Positions 13,920-26,250 of a stretch of DNA of 64,000 nt are shown one piece after another. Position numbers and translations under genes: made by a program. Source of the stretch: Lama glama (lineage: Eukaryota); contig CM052818.1 in NCBI GenBank assembly GCA_028534125.1, positions 15,502,001 through 15,566,000 on the forward strand. Reading direction: 5' to 3'. The notes beneath the pieces were generated by a model. It was not told the origin of the DNA and did no database searches. It saw nothing but the letters and a program-made list of their open reading frames with translations. Positions within the stretch are counted from its first letter, which is position 1, and each line of letters begins with the position of its first letter.

Positions 13920-14460
13920 TGTCCTAGTTTCCTATCGCTGCTGTAACAAATTACCACAAACTTAGTGGCTTAAAACAACACAGATTTATTCTTTACAGCT
14001 TGAGAGGTCAAAAGTTTGAAATGGCTTTCACTGGGCTGAAATGAAGGTTTTGCTAGGGCTGCCTTTTTCTGGAGGCTTTAGAGAAGAGCGCTGTTTCTTT
14101 GCCTTTGCCAGCTGCAGGAGGCCATCTGCGTTCCGTGGCTCATGGTCCCGGCCTCTGTCTTCAAAATTAGCAGCGGAGTAGCATCCTCAGATATTTCTCT
14201 TTTTCTTCTTTTTTCTCTCTCTTTTACTTTGTCCAGCTTTGACTTGTGTTGTTGCAGCTCCTCTCTCTCATGCCTCCCTCTTTCACTCATGCAGACCTTT
14301 GTGGTAACTTTGGGCCCATCTGTATAACTCAGGATAATTCCTCAGTTTCAGAATTCTTAATTTAATCACACCTGCAAAATCACTACTGACATGTAAAAGA
14401 ACATACTCCAAGCCTCTAGGAAAAGGATGTCTTTAAGAGGCCGTTATTCTACCTACAACA
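13920..14460 (-). mobile_element. MaLR solo LTR (MLT1C/D-like)
   Basis: TG...CA ends; gctgctgtaacaaattaccacaaacttagtggcttaaaacaaca; flanks ccagt/tcagc could be a decayed 5-bp TSD. Confidence 0.9.
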
Positions 14461-16104
14461 TCAGCCACTTCTGAAATTTTTTCCCCAAGCCTTTCATGGG
14501 TGGAGAGCGTGTAACTACTCTGCTACAGTCATTTGCTTTTCATCATAAATGGAATGTAAATTTGCTGACCTTACATTACCATCTCTTTTTAAAATCTCAG
14601 ACAAATGTTTACTAAAGTGAATTTTAGAATCCTGGTGTAACTTGATGATGCCTTTGACATTTGGATGGCTTAATTATGTTTCAGTAATGGGGTATTTTGA
14701 TTTTTGTATGCTAATCTTCAATTCATTTATCAGCACAATGATGATTTCTATCATGTTTGAAAATGTGCCCAAAAGTTTCTAATTAGGATGGTTTCTAACC
14801 TGCTAATGGGCAGTATGAAAAAATATAAACTCATTGTAGGTTTTTGCAAAGGTAGAAGGATTAATTAATTAATTACTTTACCCTGTCCTCCACCCCCTCC
14901 CCCTGCCAAGAAAGAATAATAGAAGAGCCTTTCTTTCTGTTATTTACGTGGAGCTGGTTTTTTTTACTTCTTGAAGTTGGTAAGGAAAAAATATGACACA
15001 TTATTTGTCAAAAATACAACAAGCTGTGTTTTGTATGCTTTGTTTTTTCTAATTCTGCCCTCAAATATGAATAAAGTATAGAATTGGCATATCTTTTATT
15101 TATTTAAGGATATATGCTAGCCTTAAAGAGCTATTAGCTGAAAATGTTTAATAGTGATCTTTATTTTTTGCATAGTTCATCAAACCAAAAACCTCCGGTC
15201 ATTTTCTTTAAAAACACTTTTATATTTGCTCATTGACAGATAAAATATTTATCCTAGCCCTGAACACCTTACCAGCTGAATGCCTGGCACTGTTTGAAAA
15301 AAATAAAGGAAAAAAAAGGGTTCTGAACAGCATGTATTTATCAGTCAGAATATAAAACATCTCAGACTGATCTAGCCAAAAACACCAGCAGCAACAAGTG
15401 CCTTGTGAGTACTCCATCATTTTCTAGAAAACTAGGCTCACCACTGCAAATCTTCTAAAGGTCAAAGAAATAAGAAGATATGAAGGAAAAAACAAAACAA
15501 AGCAAAACACCCTAAGTCATATATTGATCTCCATGGCTCTCCAGTTTAGTTTCACTGTGATTATTGACATCCAAATATGACCTAAAAGGTGGAGGGGATT
15601 TAAAATTAAACATAACTTCTAATTTTCAGTAGTGTCTTTAATAGTATAGATCTTAATGGTAATGATATTACATGGCTTTTTCAAATGACCAAATTGCCAT
15701 TTATTTTATTGCTAAATATTCAGTGGAAAACTAAACACTAGGCTAAATGAGAAAATAAAGAGCAACCGAGGCTACAAGACTGCCTCTTAGAGTATAAAGC
15801 AGTGGGTAAACTTCATGCTGTGAACTTCGGGAGTATGGACCTTTGCAGTAATTGCCACTTGATCAAACTAAAAATGAAAAATATGTAGGAGCTATAGAGA
15901 AGAGAAGGAGTGAAAGGACTCAGAAAAGGGGAGATGATCTGGAGCAATTCAGCAGCCCGTTAATTTACCTATCTTCTTAAAGGTTTACATTTCGTCACTG
16001 ATGTTGCTTTTTGGAAAGGTTATTGGTGGGTGAAGATGAACATGCTTTTTTATTTGAAAGCCCTAAAGTTGCTGAAACAATATATATTTGAAGGATTCTA
16101 AGCA

Positions 16105-17180
16105 TAAACATTTTTTTACTCTTAAGTGTATACAACAGAATATAACATGTGTAAGTTAAAACAAATAAAAATATAACCAATGTGAGCATCTCAGTGTCCA
16201 GTGTAAGAAGTAAAGCATTATCAGGATCTCGAAACTCCTCGATTCCTCCCTTATCAGTCTGATCCTCTATTCTCTACTCATAGATGACTACATTTTCTAC
16301 TGTATTTATGTCATTCCTTTGCTCTTCTTTATAATTTTGCCACATGTTTAGCTCTGCATGCTTTCAAATGTCTCATGAAATTGTGTGCTGTTCTGAAGAT
16401 CGCTTTTTAAAATAATTAATAGTACGTTTCTAAGGTTCATCTGCATGTGTTTCTATAGATTGTCCAATGTCAGAGGAGCATAAACCAGTCTATATATTTA
16501 TAACCCAAGCTCTGTCCATGGATATTTGAATTGTTTCTGGTTTTTTTTTTTCCTATTACAAAGCAATGTTTCTATGAACATTCTTGGATATGCCTTTTGG
16601 TGCCCAGAGGGAAGAGTTGTCTCCTGTGTACATGAACAAGTGTCACATTTCTGGGTCATGAGGAGCAAAATTTCTGAGTTAATGCTTTTTAATTGACTAA
16701 ATATGCCAAGTTGTTTTCCATAGTGGTTACACTCCCACCAGCGGTCTATTAAAGGTTCTTGATCCACATCCTTGTGGACTTGCTATTTTCAGTTTAGTCT
16801 TTATCCATGGAATGGATATAAAATACTGTGTATTTGAAGCCTTCAATGTGTATTTCCCTGACTACTAATGAGGTTTAATAACCTTCTGTATGTTTATTAG
16901 TCATTTGTTTTCTTTTTATATGTTAGATCTATTTATAATTTTCTGTACCTGTCCTGTTGTGCTTGTCTTTTATTGATTTTGCGTTCTTTTTATACTTTTG
17001 ATATTAAATATTAGTTACATATGTTATGTTCCAATATAATTTTGCTTTATGATATGTATTGATGAATTGAAATTCTTGATTTTGAGTAGTTGAGTTTGTC
17101 TATCTTTTGTTGTTATTTCTTGCATCTTATTGTAGGTCTTGTTTTAGAATTCCTCCTTTGTTCTCAAGAATCTCTAATAT
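16105..17180 (-). mobile_element. Old L1M (L1ME/MD-type) 3' region
   Basis: ggatatttgaattgtttctgg, tatgaacattcttggatatgccttttgg and actcccaccagc are antisense L1 3' motifs. Confidence 0.8.
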
Positions 17181-17229
17181 GTGCTGCTATAGTTTCATGT
17201 GTCAACTTGTGCATTGCAGGCCAGTGACA

Positions 17230-17880
17230 GAAAACAATGCCTGATGCAGGTTCACAAATCGCTGTGGGGGTCCTGGGGTCCTGGCTGTCAGGTGTGCCCA
17301 CGTGTGGCTGCATAGTGTCTCCCTGGGCATCACAGTGGAGGCTGGAGACAGGCATCAGGCTGTTGGCATGCAAATGTATGGCTGGAGGGGCAAATCCTGA
17401 GTTGCGTGTATGGTGGTGAGAATCAGCCACGGGGGTCTAGCCTAACATCTTACACTCAAGCAGCTGCAGAGGCCTGGGTTAGCTGCCAGTGCAGTTTTGG
17501 GGCTGAAGCAAGTGGGGAAAGAGCAGAGACTCAGGCAGCCGGCATCAGCGAATGCAGACAGCTGTGGGGAACAGGCTGGTGAGATCTACAAGGGATCCAC
17601 GGCAGCTGTGATGGCCATTGGTTCCTTCTTCAGCAGCGAGAGCAGAGTAGCTCATTGTGAATCGTGACCTTTCCCACTGTGTGGCTGCTATTGGTAGACC
17701 CTGCTTTACTTCCTTACTCCTAAGGATTTCTGTCCATCTCAGCTTTGCCAGTCTTGATGGGGTGAAATCAAAGAGAATCTCCGTGTGGTGCCCTGAAAGG
17801 TTGGGGAGGCCGGTCACTTTCCTTCCTCCAGCTCTTTCAGTGAGGGGAACTCCGTCTCGCTGGTGCTGAGCAATGCTGCA
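17230..17880 (-). mobile_element. L1M 5' UTR fragment
   Basis: Reverse strand cctccccaacctttcagggcaccacac...agactggcaaagctgaga...agcagccacacagtggg resembles a recalled L1M2/M3 5' UTR; relatively GC-rich. Confidence 0.6.
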
Positions 17881-17906
17881 TCCAGTTTTTAATGTCAAGG
17901 TTATTA

Positions 17907-18153
17907 TGTAGGAAAGCAGGCCTACGCTACTGAAACCAGGCACATTCCCTAGAAAAACATGTCTGTAGGACCAGCTGTTGGCCAGTACCTGGGAGATGAA
18001 CGCTTAGCCCTTGGGATATTTTGCCTTGTGTACCTGAGGCCTTGGACCGTTGGTACTAGTTCAGTCAGATAGTTAGTGCTAATAATATGATTCACGGTGA
18101 AAGCTTGTTTTTGATCTGGGGGTTTGGGGTCTGAGTATCTAAGATCAATTGTG
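17907..18153 (+). mobile_element. 5' LTR of the class III ERV (MER77/MER21/MER68 group-like), runs into gap
   Basis: Begins TGTAGG; cctgaggccttgg...cagatagttagtgctaataatatgattcacggtgaa resembles recalled MER77/MER21-group LTRs; lies upstream of gag in the same orientation. Confidence 0.7.
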
Positions 18154-18653
18154 NNNNNNNNNNNNNNNNNNNNNNNNNNNNNNNNNNNNNNNNNNNNNNN
18201 NNNNNNNNNNNNNNNNNNNNNNNNNNNNNNNNNNNNNNNNNNNNNNNNNNNNNNNNNNNNNNNNNNNNNNNNNNNNNNNNNNNNNNNNNNNNNNNNNNNN
18301 NNNNNNNNNNNNNNNNNNNNNNNNNNNNNNNNNNNNNNNNNNNNNNNNNNNNNNNNNNNNNNNNNNNNNNNNNNNNNNNNNNNNNNNNNNNNNNNNNNNN
18401 NNNNNNNNNNNNNNNNNNNNNNNNNNNNNNNNNNNNNNNNNNNNNNNNNNNNNNNNNNNNNNNNNNNNNNNNNNNNNNNNNNNNNNNNNNNNNNNNNNNN
18501 NNNNNNNNNNNNNNNNNNNNNNNNNNNNNNNNNNNNNNNNNNNNNNNNNNNNNNNNNNNNNNNNNNNNNNNNNNNNNNNNNNNNNNNNNNNNNNNNNNNN
18601 NNNNNNNNNNNNNNNNNNNNNNNNNNNNNNNNNNNNNNNNNNNNNNNNNNNNN
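18154..18653. other. Assembly gap (500 N)
   Basis: Run of exactly 500 N. Confidence 1.
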
Positions 18654-19610
18654 GTTTACAAAACCAAGACACTCCTGAAACTGGGCGTATAATGTGAAAG
18701 AGTTGTCTGGATTTTGTGGATTAATGTAATCAGCTTCCCGAAGAGCCTTTACAAAAGTGAACTGTGAGAGTGACTAACTTTGAAGCAATCCTCTTAGTTC
18801 TGGAAGCTGTGGACTGGAGCAGCACGTTTGGGTCGCTGCAGGACCCATAGCTTGCTTTTAAACAATCAGAACCGGCTGCTGTACATGATCCTAACACACA
18901 ACAGGGTCTTCCTGAAGGGACAGGTAGCCGGGTGGACTGGACAGAAGACACTGTAAAGTTTATCCTGGGAAGGGGAATTGTCTTTTCCCTCCTTCAGATG
19001 ACAAGTGAAGAGGCTGATGTGCAACATATGCAAGGCAGGCTGAGATATTTTTATAACCATTGGGACGTTCATCCGTTTAATATTCTCTTTAACCACATTA
19101 TGGTAAATGCTGTGATTAAATGAGCCCTTTTCGCATGGGCACTCCATGTTACCTGCTGTAAAATCCAGGAAAGATCAAAAAAGCCACATCTGATTTGTTG
19201 TCTTAACTTTCCGTCCTAAGACTCAAAGATTCTAAGAAAATTAGAATGATCTCCAGGTAATGGGGAAAGACAAAGAGAATAATAGTCAAGGGATTCATCT
19301 TAACAGGTTGAAAGTCTTTAGTTACTTAGGGAATTGGATGAATAAAATGGACATTGATGGCCTTCAACAAAGGTCTCATTCATTCATTGATGGGTCTTGA
19401 ACAAAGGTCTTCAGAGATTTGGTAGACAGATGGGAGCCATTTCTGGTCCCCCAACATTGAAGGGCCCTAGACGTATCCACCCTATCTGCCCTAGTTTGGA
19501 GAGGTTTTTAAGAACCAGAAGGCAAAGATCACAATGACAAATGTGACCTCAAACTACCAGGAGGTGATATAGTCTGGCAAACTAATGAGGATGTGGATTA
19601 ATGAAGGGGC
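18654..19610 (+). pseudogene. gag: ERV-L-like gag remnant
   Basis: With frameshifts reads YNVKEL..FVD*CNQLPEEPLQK*TVRVTNFEAILLVLEAVDW, comparable to the recalled ERV-L Gag segment YTPKEL...YKQKSGE..WEWILRVWD. Position fits. Confidence 0.7.
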
Positions 19611-19639
19611 CAGAGTTGCTTGGCTTGGCCTTTGGCTGG

Positions 19640-19960
19640 GGACTCAAGGCCATATGTACATGTGTGGGCAAACTAGAAAATGGACGGGGAGTGGGAAAGA
19701 ACATTTCCTGGAGCCGAATGTACTTTGATTCCAAAACCTATTGGTGAAGTCCCAACAGGGGCTACAGTTATAATGAGATGATACAGAAATGCAATGGTCA
19801 GTGAGATAAAGGTAAAAGCTTGGATGAAAATTAGAATGTCTGAAAAGACTTTATGTGACACAGTGGTATCTCCTTTACCTAAAACTATTATTTGAATGGA
19901 TATTATGTCTGACTAGAGAATCCTTCTCCTACTTAATATGTTAAAACAGAAGGCCTATAA
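19640..19960 (+). pseudogene. pro: Retroviral aspartic protease remnant
   Basis: GDSRPYVHVW...TFPGAECTLIP...VVSPLPKTII*MDIMSD, matching ERV-L-type GDxRP...DTGxExTLIP...ISPxPECIIGxDIL. Confidence 0.8.
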
Positions 19961-19989
19961 GTCTGTCCTTCAGGTGGCATTAGTTGGAC

Positions 19990-22330
19990 ATGCTAAATGA
20001 GAATTTATGGAATATCCCATACAGGTTATTAATTTAAAAAAGTATTAGATAACTGGTGGATAAAAAGAGATTACCATTTTGATTAATGCTGTGTTAGAAA
20101 TTGGAGTACCAATACCATCACATTTTCTGTACAATCTCCCTGTGTGACCCATCAAAAAGACAGATGACTCATGGAGACAAGTGGTAGATTATCAAGGCTT
20201 GAAAGAAGCAGAACTGCCTCAAGCATCAGCTGTCCCTGGTATGGTTTCAAAAGTATTAAAAAAAAAAAAAACAAGGCAGAGGAGACTGGTATTTAATGAC
20301 TGATTTTGCAGATGCTTTTCGCTCAACCCTGAGCTTACAGAAGAGCCAACCAGTTTGCCTTCACCTTGGAAGAAATCCAGTTTACCTTTATTATATTGCC
20401 ATAGGGTTATTTGGAGTCACCAATTTACTGGCATAATTTGGTTAGAAGGGATTTGTATTTGAGGCAGGTCCCACGTGTGGTAATATACTATCTTGATGAT
20501 ACAATCATATCAAAAAGTAAAGCACAAACTAGAACAGACAAATTTTATGGTGACACACATGAATAACAGAGGCTGGTTGACAAATCCAGGAAGGATCTAA
20601 AGACCCACTCAGAGGATGAAAGCATTAGGCATAGCCTGGGCAGGAGACACCCCTGACATTCCACAGGCAACGACAAGTAAATGGCTGTATTTCCTACCTC
20701 TAGAACTAAGTGAGAAAAACTGTACGTTGTCAGGTTGTTTGGATTTTGTAGGATGCATATTGCACAGCTCGGAACATTATTAGCTCCTATGCATAAAATT
20801 CCCCCAAAGAAGGCAATTATTTGAATGGGAACCTAAAGAACACCAGAGTATGTCACAACTTCAAAAGCAGTGTCTCATCCAGTGCCTTCGGGCTTTTATG
20901 ATCAGCCCTCGGATACAGTTTTGGAAGGAGCTGTAATTCACACTTACGTAGACTGGAGTTTTTAGCAAAATCCCATGAATACCACTTAACAACAGCTGGG
21001 GTTTGTACCACAGAACTTCCATATGCGGTGGTATGGTACAAACCATTTTATGGACTTGTTGTTAGACATTAATAGAAATTAACCCTGTTACTGAAGATCA
21101 TAAAATAGACCCTGAAACTTAAAATACCTATAATGTCTGGGTAGTATCAGACAAACACTCTAACAAGGAAATCAGCGTTCAGAAGAGTCCCATAATGTAA
21201 TGGAAATGGTTTACATAGCAGCATGCTACCTGAGGAATGCAAGGAGGTACTTACCATGCTCACGAGCAGGTAGCCTCTTTCCCTCCAGGAGTGACTTGGA
21301 ACCATCTGTTGTTGCTTGATCCTCTTGCCATATGAGTGGTACCTTATGAACAGATCTCAATTGATGAAAAGGAAGCTGCTTGGTTTGTGGATGACAGTTC
21401 CAAGCACACCTTTGAAAGGCCACTGCACCATGAGTGACTCTTGGAAAAACTGTGATTGATAAAAGGCAGCAACAAATGAGTTCAGGGGACTGAATTGCAT
21501 GCCATTTCCTTGTAGTGATGGAATAATTCAACAGCCATATGAGCACTTGATGTTTGAGTGTATACAGGGTCATGAGCAGTGGCCAGTGGAGAATTGTACT
21601 GTTAAAGGAATACCTCGATGGGGCATGGACCTATGGAAATCATGATGACAATTTATTTAGTGCATTAAGGCAGGGCATGTTGATACCCATCAAAAGAACC
21701 AGGACAGAAGTTGATTGGAATGAGCATATAGACGTCCTGGTGCACTTGTTTGAGGTGTCCATCTGAGTTCAGAAAAGGAGAGGAAATGGAGGAGCTGCAG
21801 CAGTGCAGAGATGTGCTGAGCATCGATGTATTCCTGTTGCGCCGTCTGAGGCACGAAGCATCAGCTAGACCTGTCCTGTCTGCCACCACGGAAGATAAAC
21901 TTCAGATGGCAATGGGGAAGGCTCCCCCGGGAGAAGGCCTTCACACACAGCTGTCAAGCAGATTATATCAGACAACTGCCAGTGGCCCCAGGAGGCTATA
22001 AATGGGCTCTGACAGAAATAGACACTTATTTTGGATTAGCTTTTGCATACCCGATGGTTGATCACAAATGCTCAGAGCACTATAAAAAAACCTGGAACAG
22101 AAGATACAGTACCAGTTTGGACTACTGAGTTTTATTTCTTCAGAGGAAGGAATCATTTTACAGTTAATAGTGTCCAGCAATGGGCAAAAAGTTATCACAT
22201 CAAATGGACATATCACATTGCATATCATCTTCAAATGCATGGTTCGATAGAGAATTGGAACAGATGCTGGAAACAGTTGTCTAAAATGGGAGGAGGAAAA
22301 GGCATACAAGGCTGGCTTACATGACACACT
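19990..22330 (+). pseudogene. pol: ERV-L-like pol remnant (RT, RNase H, integrase)
   Basis: RT: YNLPV*PIKKTDDSWRQVVDY from 20130, LP*GYLESP, YLDD at 20489-20500. RNase H: AAWFVDDSS near 21375. Integrase: YKWALTEIDTYFG...HFTVNSVQQWAKSYHIKWTYHIAYH...GSIENWN (21990-22270). Many stops and frameshifts. Confidence 0.95.
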
Positions 22331-22479
22331 CAACACGAGGAGAGCCAGGAGAGGGCCCTCACCCTCAAGCAGGGCTCCTCTGCTTTTCTGCGGGACCCGA
22401 AGAAGGTGTGGAGGAAGATGCTGGGATGACTATAGAGTTCTTCCCCACATCACCTCTGCTTCCTTTTTGTCCCTATTTG

Positions 22480-22870
22480 GTGCCATGGTCTTGGGACCAG
22501 GGCAGCAACTGTGGGTGCTGGGAGGAAGGCTGACCCCTAAGCGAGAAACTATAACCGAACTTCTAAACCTTTATCCAGGATTTTTAAGAGCCTTCACCCC
22601 ATCTGGAAAAATTAAGATGGACAGTGAATGCAGCTGTATTTTCTTGTCTAGTGGTTGGAATAGCCCATCAGTTCTCAACCTATGTAACCCTGAACTGTTG
22701 GTCTGAGAGTGGAATGGCGGGGAGGTCGTTGCTGGATTGGTATTACTGTCAGCAGTTTGGGTAAACACATTGGCTGACCCTAACGTTCTTTCCAAAAGCA
22801 GAAAAGTTTGGGTTAAAAATCAGTGTCAAAAAGAGAGAAGGAGAAATAGTAGCTGAGAGTAAACGCTGCA
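22480..22870 (+). pseudogene. Degenerate post-integrase dUTPase-like region and Pol C-terminus
   Basis: VLGGRLTPKRETITELLNL...LNLCNPELLV*EWNGGEVVAGLVLL...KVWVK...GEIVAE parallels recalled HERV-L VPEGGMLPPGDTTMIPLNW...LLLHN..EYVWNTGDPLGRLLVL...KVWV...AEVLAE. Confidence 0.65.
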
Positions 22871-23334
22871 CAAAGAGGGACATCCATGACATTGGTGCCT
22901 TGAAATAGGCTCAGAGAAAGCAAATGATACCGTCTCTTAGCACAGTTACACCTCACCTGAAACGGCGAGGCCCACAAGTGCAAGACCACCACTTTTGGGG
23001 AAACTGACAAGGACATATGGAAGCCTAAAAACCCGAGGGACATCACCCTGGGAAATACTTTGGTCATACATGATGACGATGAGCAGGACCAATATTTGGT
23101 GACCGAGTAGAACTCTGGTAATCTGCCAGTATCATTGGACTCTTGTTTTTCAGGTTACAACTGCTTTAAAGGATGTAATTTACTCTCCTCTGGGCCATCA
23201 AACCATGCATTGTGCAACTTCTGGCTGATTGATTATTGTATAACTATATTATCTTGATAATAAAATTCTTAGAAAGGTACTTGTTCATACTGGACAAAAT
23301 ATAACAGCTGCATTCCAACAGGCCAATGTGTGCT

Positions 23335-23760
23335 GTGCTCAAATCCTTGTGTTCGTGGGTGGAAATCTACTGAAAAGTTTTCTTGTTTGTTCTGGAGCAG
23401 TTTTGCTTCTAGTTCATCTTTACCCGGTGGATGTAGCCTGGGGGCTAGGATTTCGTAGGGGTTTCCCATTAGGTTGTCAATATTGGGCAGGACCTAGGTT
23501 TTTCCCTTAGGCCTGATTCTCCTTCAAAATATACACATTAAAAAAAAAAAAAAGCAAAAACTCAAGTTTGCCAGGATTTAGATATGCCACATGGTGAAAA
23601 CCAGCCTTAGAACTGGCTTTACCTATTAGATTCCAACTGTCACCAACTTTTTGGCTCCCGATCAGTAAGCTTATTTTATCACTGTCTTACTTATTCATTT
23701 ATTTTTTTCTCTAACTTTGTAGTTTTTTTTTTCAATTGTGAGAGTTGCTGCATATTTATT
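23335..23760 (-). mobile_element. HAL1/old L1 5' fragment
   Basis: ctcaagtttgccaggattt...atgcc...aaaaccagcctt...ttacct resembles the recalled HAL1 5' end. Confidence 0.45.
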
Positions 23761-24439
23761 CAAAAGGAATTTTGCGATACCTCGTTTTCTTGTTTACAAA
23801 AGCATGGAGTAGAATTCCGATCATTTTGAAAAGTAAAAATTAAAGCATCACATATAAAATGTATTAGCATTTTGAATTAATCTTCCTCCAATCTCATACA
23901 CACGCACACACACACGCACACACATATCCACCCCATGTATAGCACTAGTTACTTTATAAAGGGCATTTTGTCATCTTAAGCTTTCTTCAGAAACCTAATT
24001 CTTTGTATCTTTTTAAATTTCCTACTGCAAAAGTCACACACGTTGATTTAGGAAACAGAAAACACAGATAATGGCAGAAAGAGAATTAAGAATTATCACC
24101 ACCTGTTTATAGCAGCTGTCATTTATTTTATGACAAATGTGAGTTTATACTATACATGCTCTCTTGTAGCTTACTTTTCTTTATTAAAATACTGAAGATT
24201 TGTTTCCTAGTTATTCAGTGTACTTTCAAAATATCTGAAATAATTCATCACATTCCATTTTATGTAAGCAAGATGCTTTTAAAACCAATCTCATATTTTT
24301 GAGCTTATGTGTTATAAAATTACCATTTGTGTAACATATACGTTTCTGTTTATTTGCATTGAATAAAACTGAACTGTTGAAAATACTTTTTCTATATTTT
24401 TACTTCATATAGTGCTATGATAACTCTCCTTGCATTCCG

Positions 24440-26250
24440 ATATTTATCTACAGTCTTATTCTTCTTAAGATTGCTTTGGCTATTCCAGATCTTTTGTATT
24501 CTGTACAAATTTTAGGAACATTTGTTCAGTTCAGTGAAAAATGCCATGAGAGTGTTAGAAATTGCATTGAATCTGTAGATTATATTGAGTAAGTATGACC
24601 ATTTTAACAGTTCTCCCAATTCATGAGCAAAGTATATCTTGTTTGTTCTTCTTTTTCTAGTTCCTTAACATGTAATGTTAGATTGTTTATTTGAGATCTT
24701 TCTTGTTTCCTGAGGTAGGCCTGTGTTACTATAAACTTTCCTTTTAGAACTGCTTTTGCTGCATTTTGTCCCATTAATTTTGGACCGTTGTGTTTCCACT
24801 CTCATTCCTCTCAAGGTATTTTTTTTATCTCCTCTTTGATTTCTTGGTTCACACACTGGCTGGATAGGAGCATGCTGTTCAGCCTCTGTGTGTGTTTTTT
24901 TCCAGTTTTCTCCTTGTAATTGATTCCTAGTTTTACACTGTTGTGGTTAGACAAAATGCTTGCTATGATTTCATTGTTCTTAAATTGAATGAGACTTGTT
25001 TTGTGGCCTAACATGTGATCTACCCTGAAAAAAGGTCCATGTGCACTTGAAAAGAATGTATGTTCTGATATTTTGGGGGAGGATTGTTCTGTGTATGTCT
25101 ATTAAGTTTATCATGTTTAATATGCCATACGGCCAGTGTTTTCTTACTGATTTTTTGTCTGGATGTTTTACCCATTGATTTAACTATAAGGTCCCTTACT
25201 AGTATTATATTCCTGTCCATATCTCGCTTTATGTATATTAGTATTTGCTTTGCGTATTTAGGTGCTTCTGTGTTGGATGTGTAGATATCCTTTTGTTGGG
25301 TTAATCTCTCTATCGTTATGTAATGCCCTCTTTGTTTCTTGTTACAGTCTTTGTTGGGTTTTTTTTGTTTTTTTTTTGTTTTTTTTTTTTTGTCTAATAT
25401 AAGTGTTGCTACCCTAGCTTTTTAAAACTTTCCATTTGTGTGGAATACCCTTTTCTTTTGTTTCAGTTTAGTCTGTGTGTCTTTAGCTCTGAAATGAGTC
25501 TCACATAGGCAGTTTATGTATGGGTCTTATTTTTTTATCCATATGGCCACCCTGTGTCTTTTGATTGGAGGATTTAGTGTATTCATACTTAAGGTAATTA
25601 TTGGTGTGTAAGTACTTATTGCCATTTTGTTAATTGTTTTTCTGGTTCTTTGCTCCTTTCTTCTCTTGTTCCTTTCTGTTGTGATTTGATCATTTTCTTT
25701 AGTGTTAAGTTTGTATTCTTTCTCTTTTTGTGTATCTGTTACAGATTTTTGTTTTGTGATTACTATGAGGTTTATTTATAACAACCTAATGATATAGCTG
25801 CCTGTTTTAAGCTGATGGTCCCTTAAGTTGGAGTGCATTCTAAAAACAGTACATTTTTACTCCCCTCATCACCTCTTATGTTTTTGACTTTATATTTTAT
25901 TATTTTGTATATTGCTTAACTAATTATTTTAGCTATAAATGAGCGTACTGCTTTTGGTTTTTTTAACGCATATTCTAGCTTTATAGGTAGTTAATCCACT
26001 ACCTTTACTATATGTTTGCCTTTTATCAGTGAGATTTTTTTCTTTTATAGCCTTCTTGTTTCTAGTTATGGTCTTTTCTTTTCCATTTAAACAAGTCCCT
26101 TTAACAGTTCTTGTAAGTCTAGGTGAGTGGCCAGGTCAGTGATGATGAACTCCTGTGACTTCTGCTTCAGTTGTGAATGGTAATCTTGCCAGCTGTATTA
26201 CTCGTGGGTATACATTTTTTCCTTTTAGTACTTTAAATATATTGTGCCTT
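24440..26250 (-). mobile_element. L1 remnant (ORF1 C-terminus, ORF2 endonuclease, late ORF2 piece)
   Basis: ORF 26136-26333 IFKVLKGKNVYPRV..ARL (ORF1p C-terminus); ORF 24811-25014 LGHKTSL..FK...ILSNHNSVKL (endonuclease SDH motif region); jump to late ORF2 near 24638. Confidence 0.92.

Noticed and set aside
17185..17209. MLT2-like 5' stub (tttcatgtgtcaacttg) as the LTR of the provirus
   Set aside because: Only ~20 bp match, and it is separated from the provirus by an L1 fragment and a different LTR.
18124..18697. Long ORFs of 175-184 aa
   Set aside because: They are artefacts of translating the N gap.
18654..22870. Domesticated ERV gene (intact gag/pol)
   Set aside because: Every domain has stops and frameshifts; no long open frame remains.
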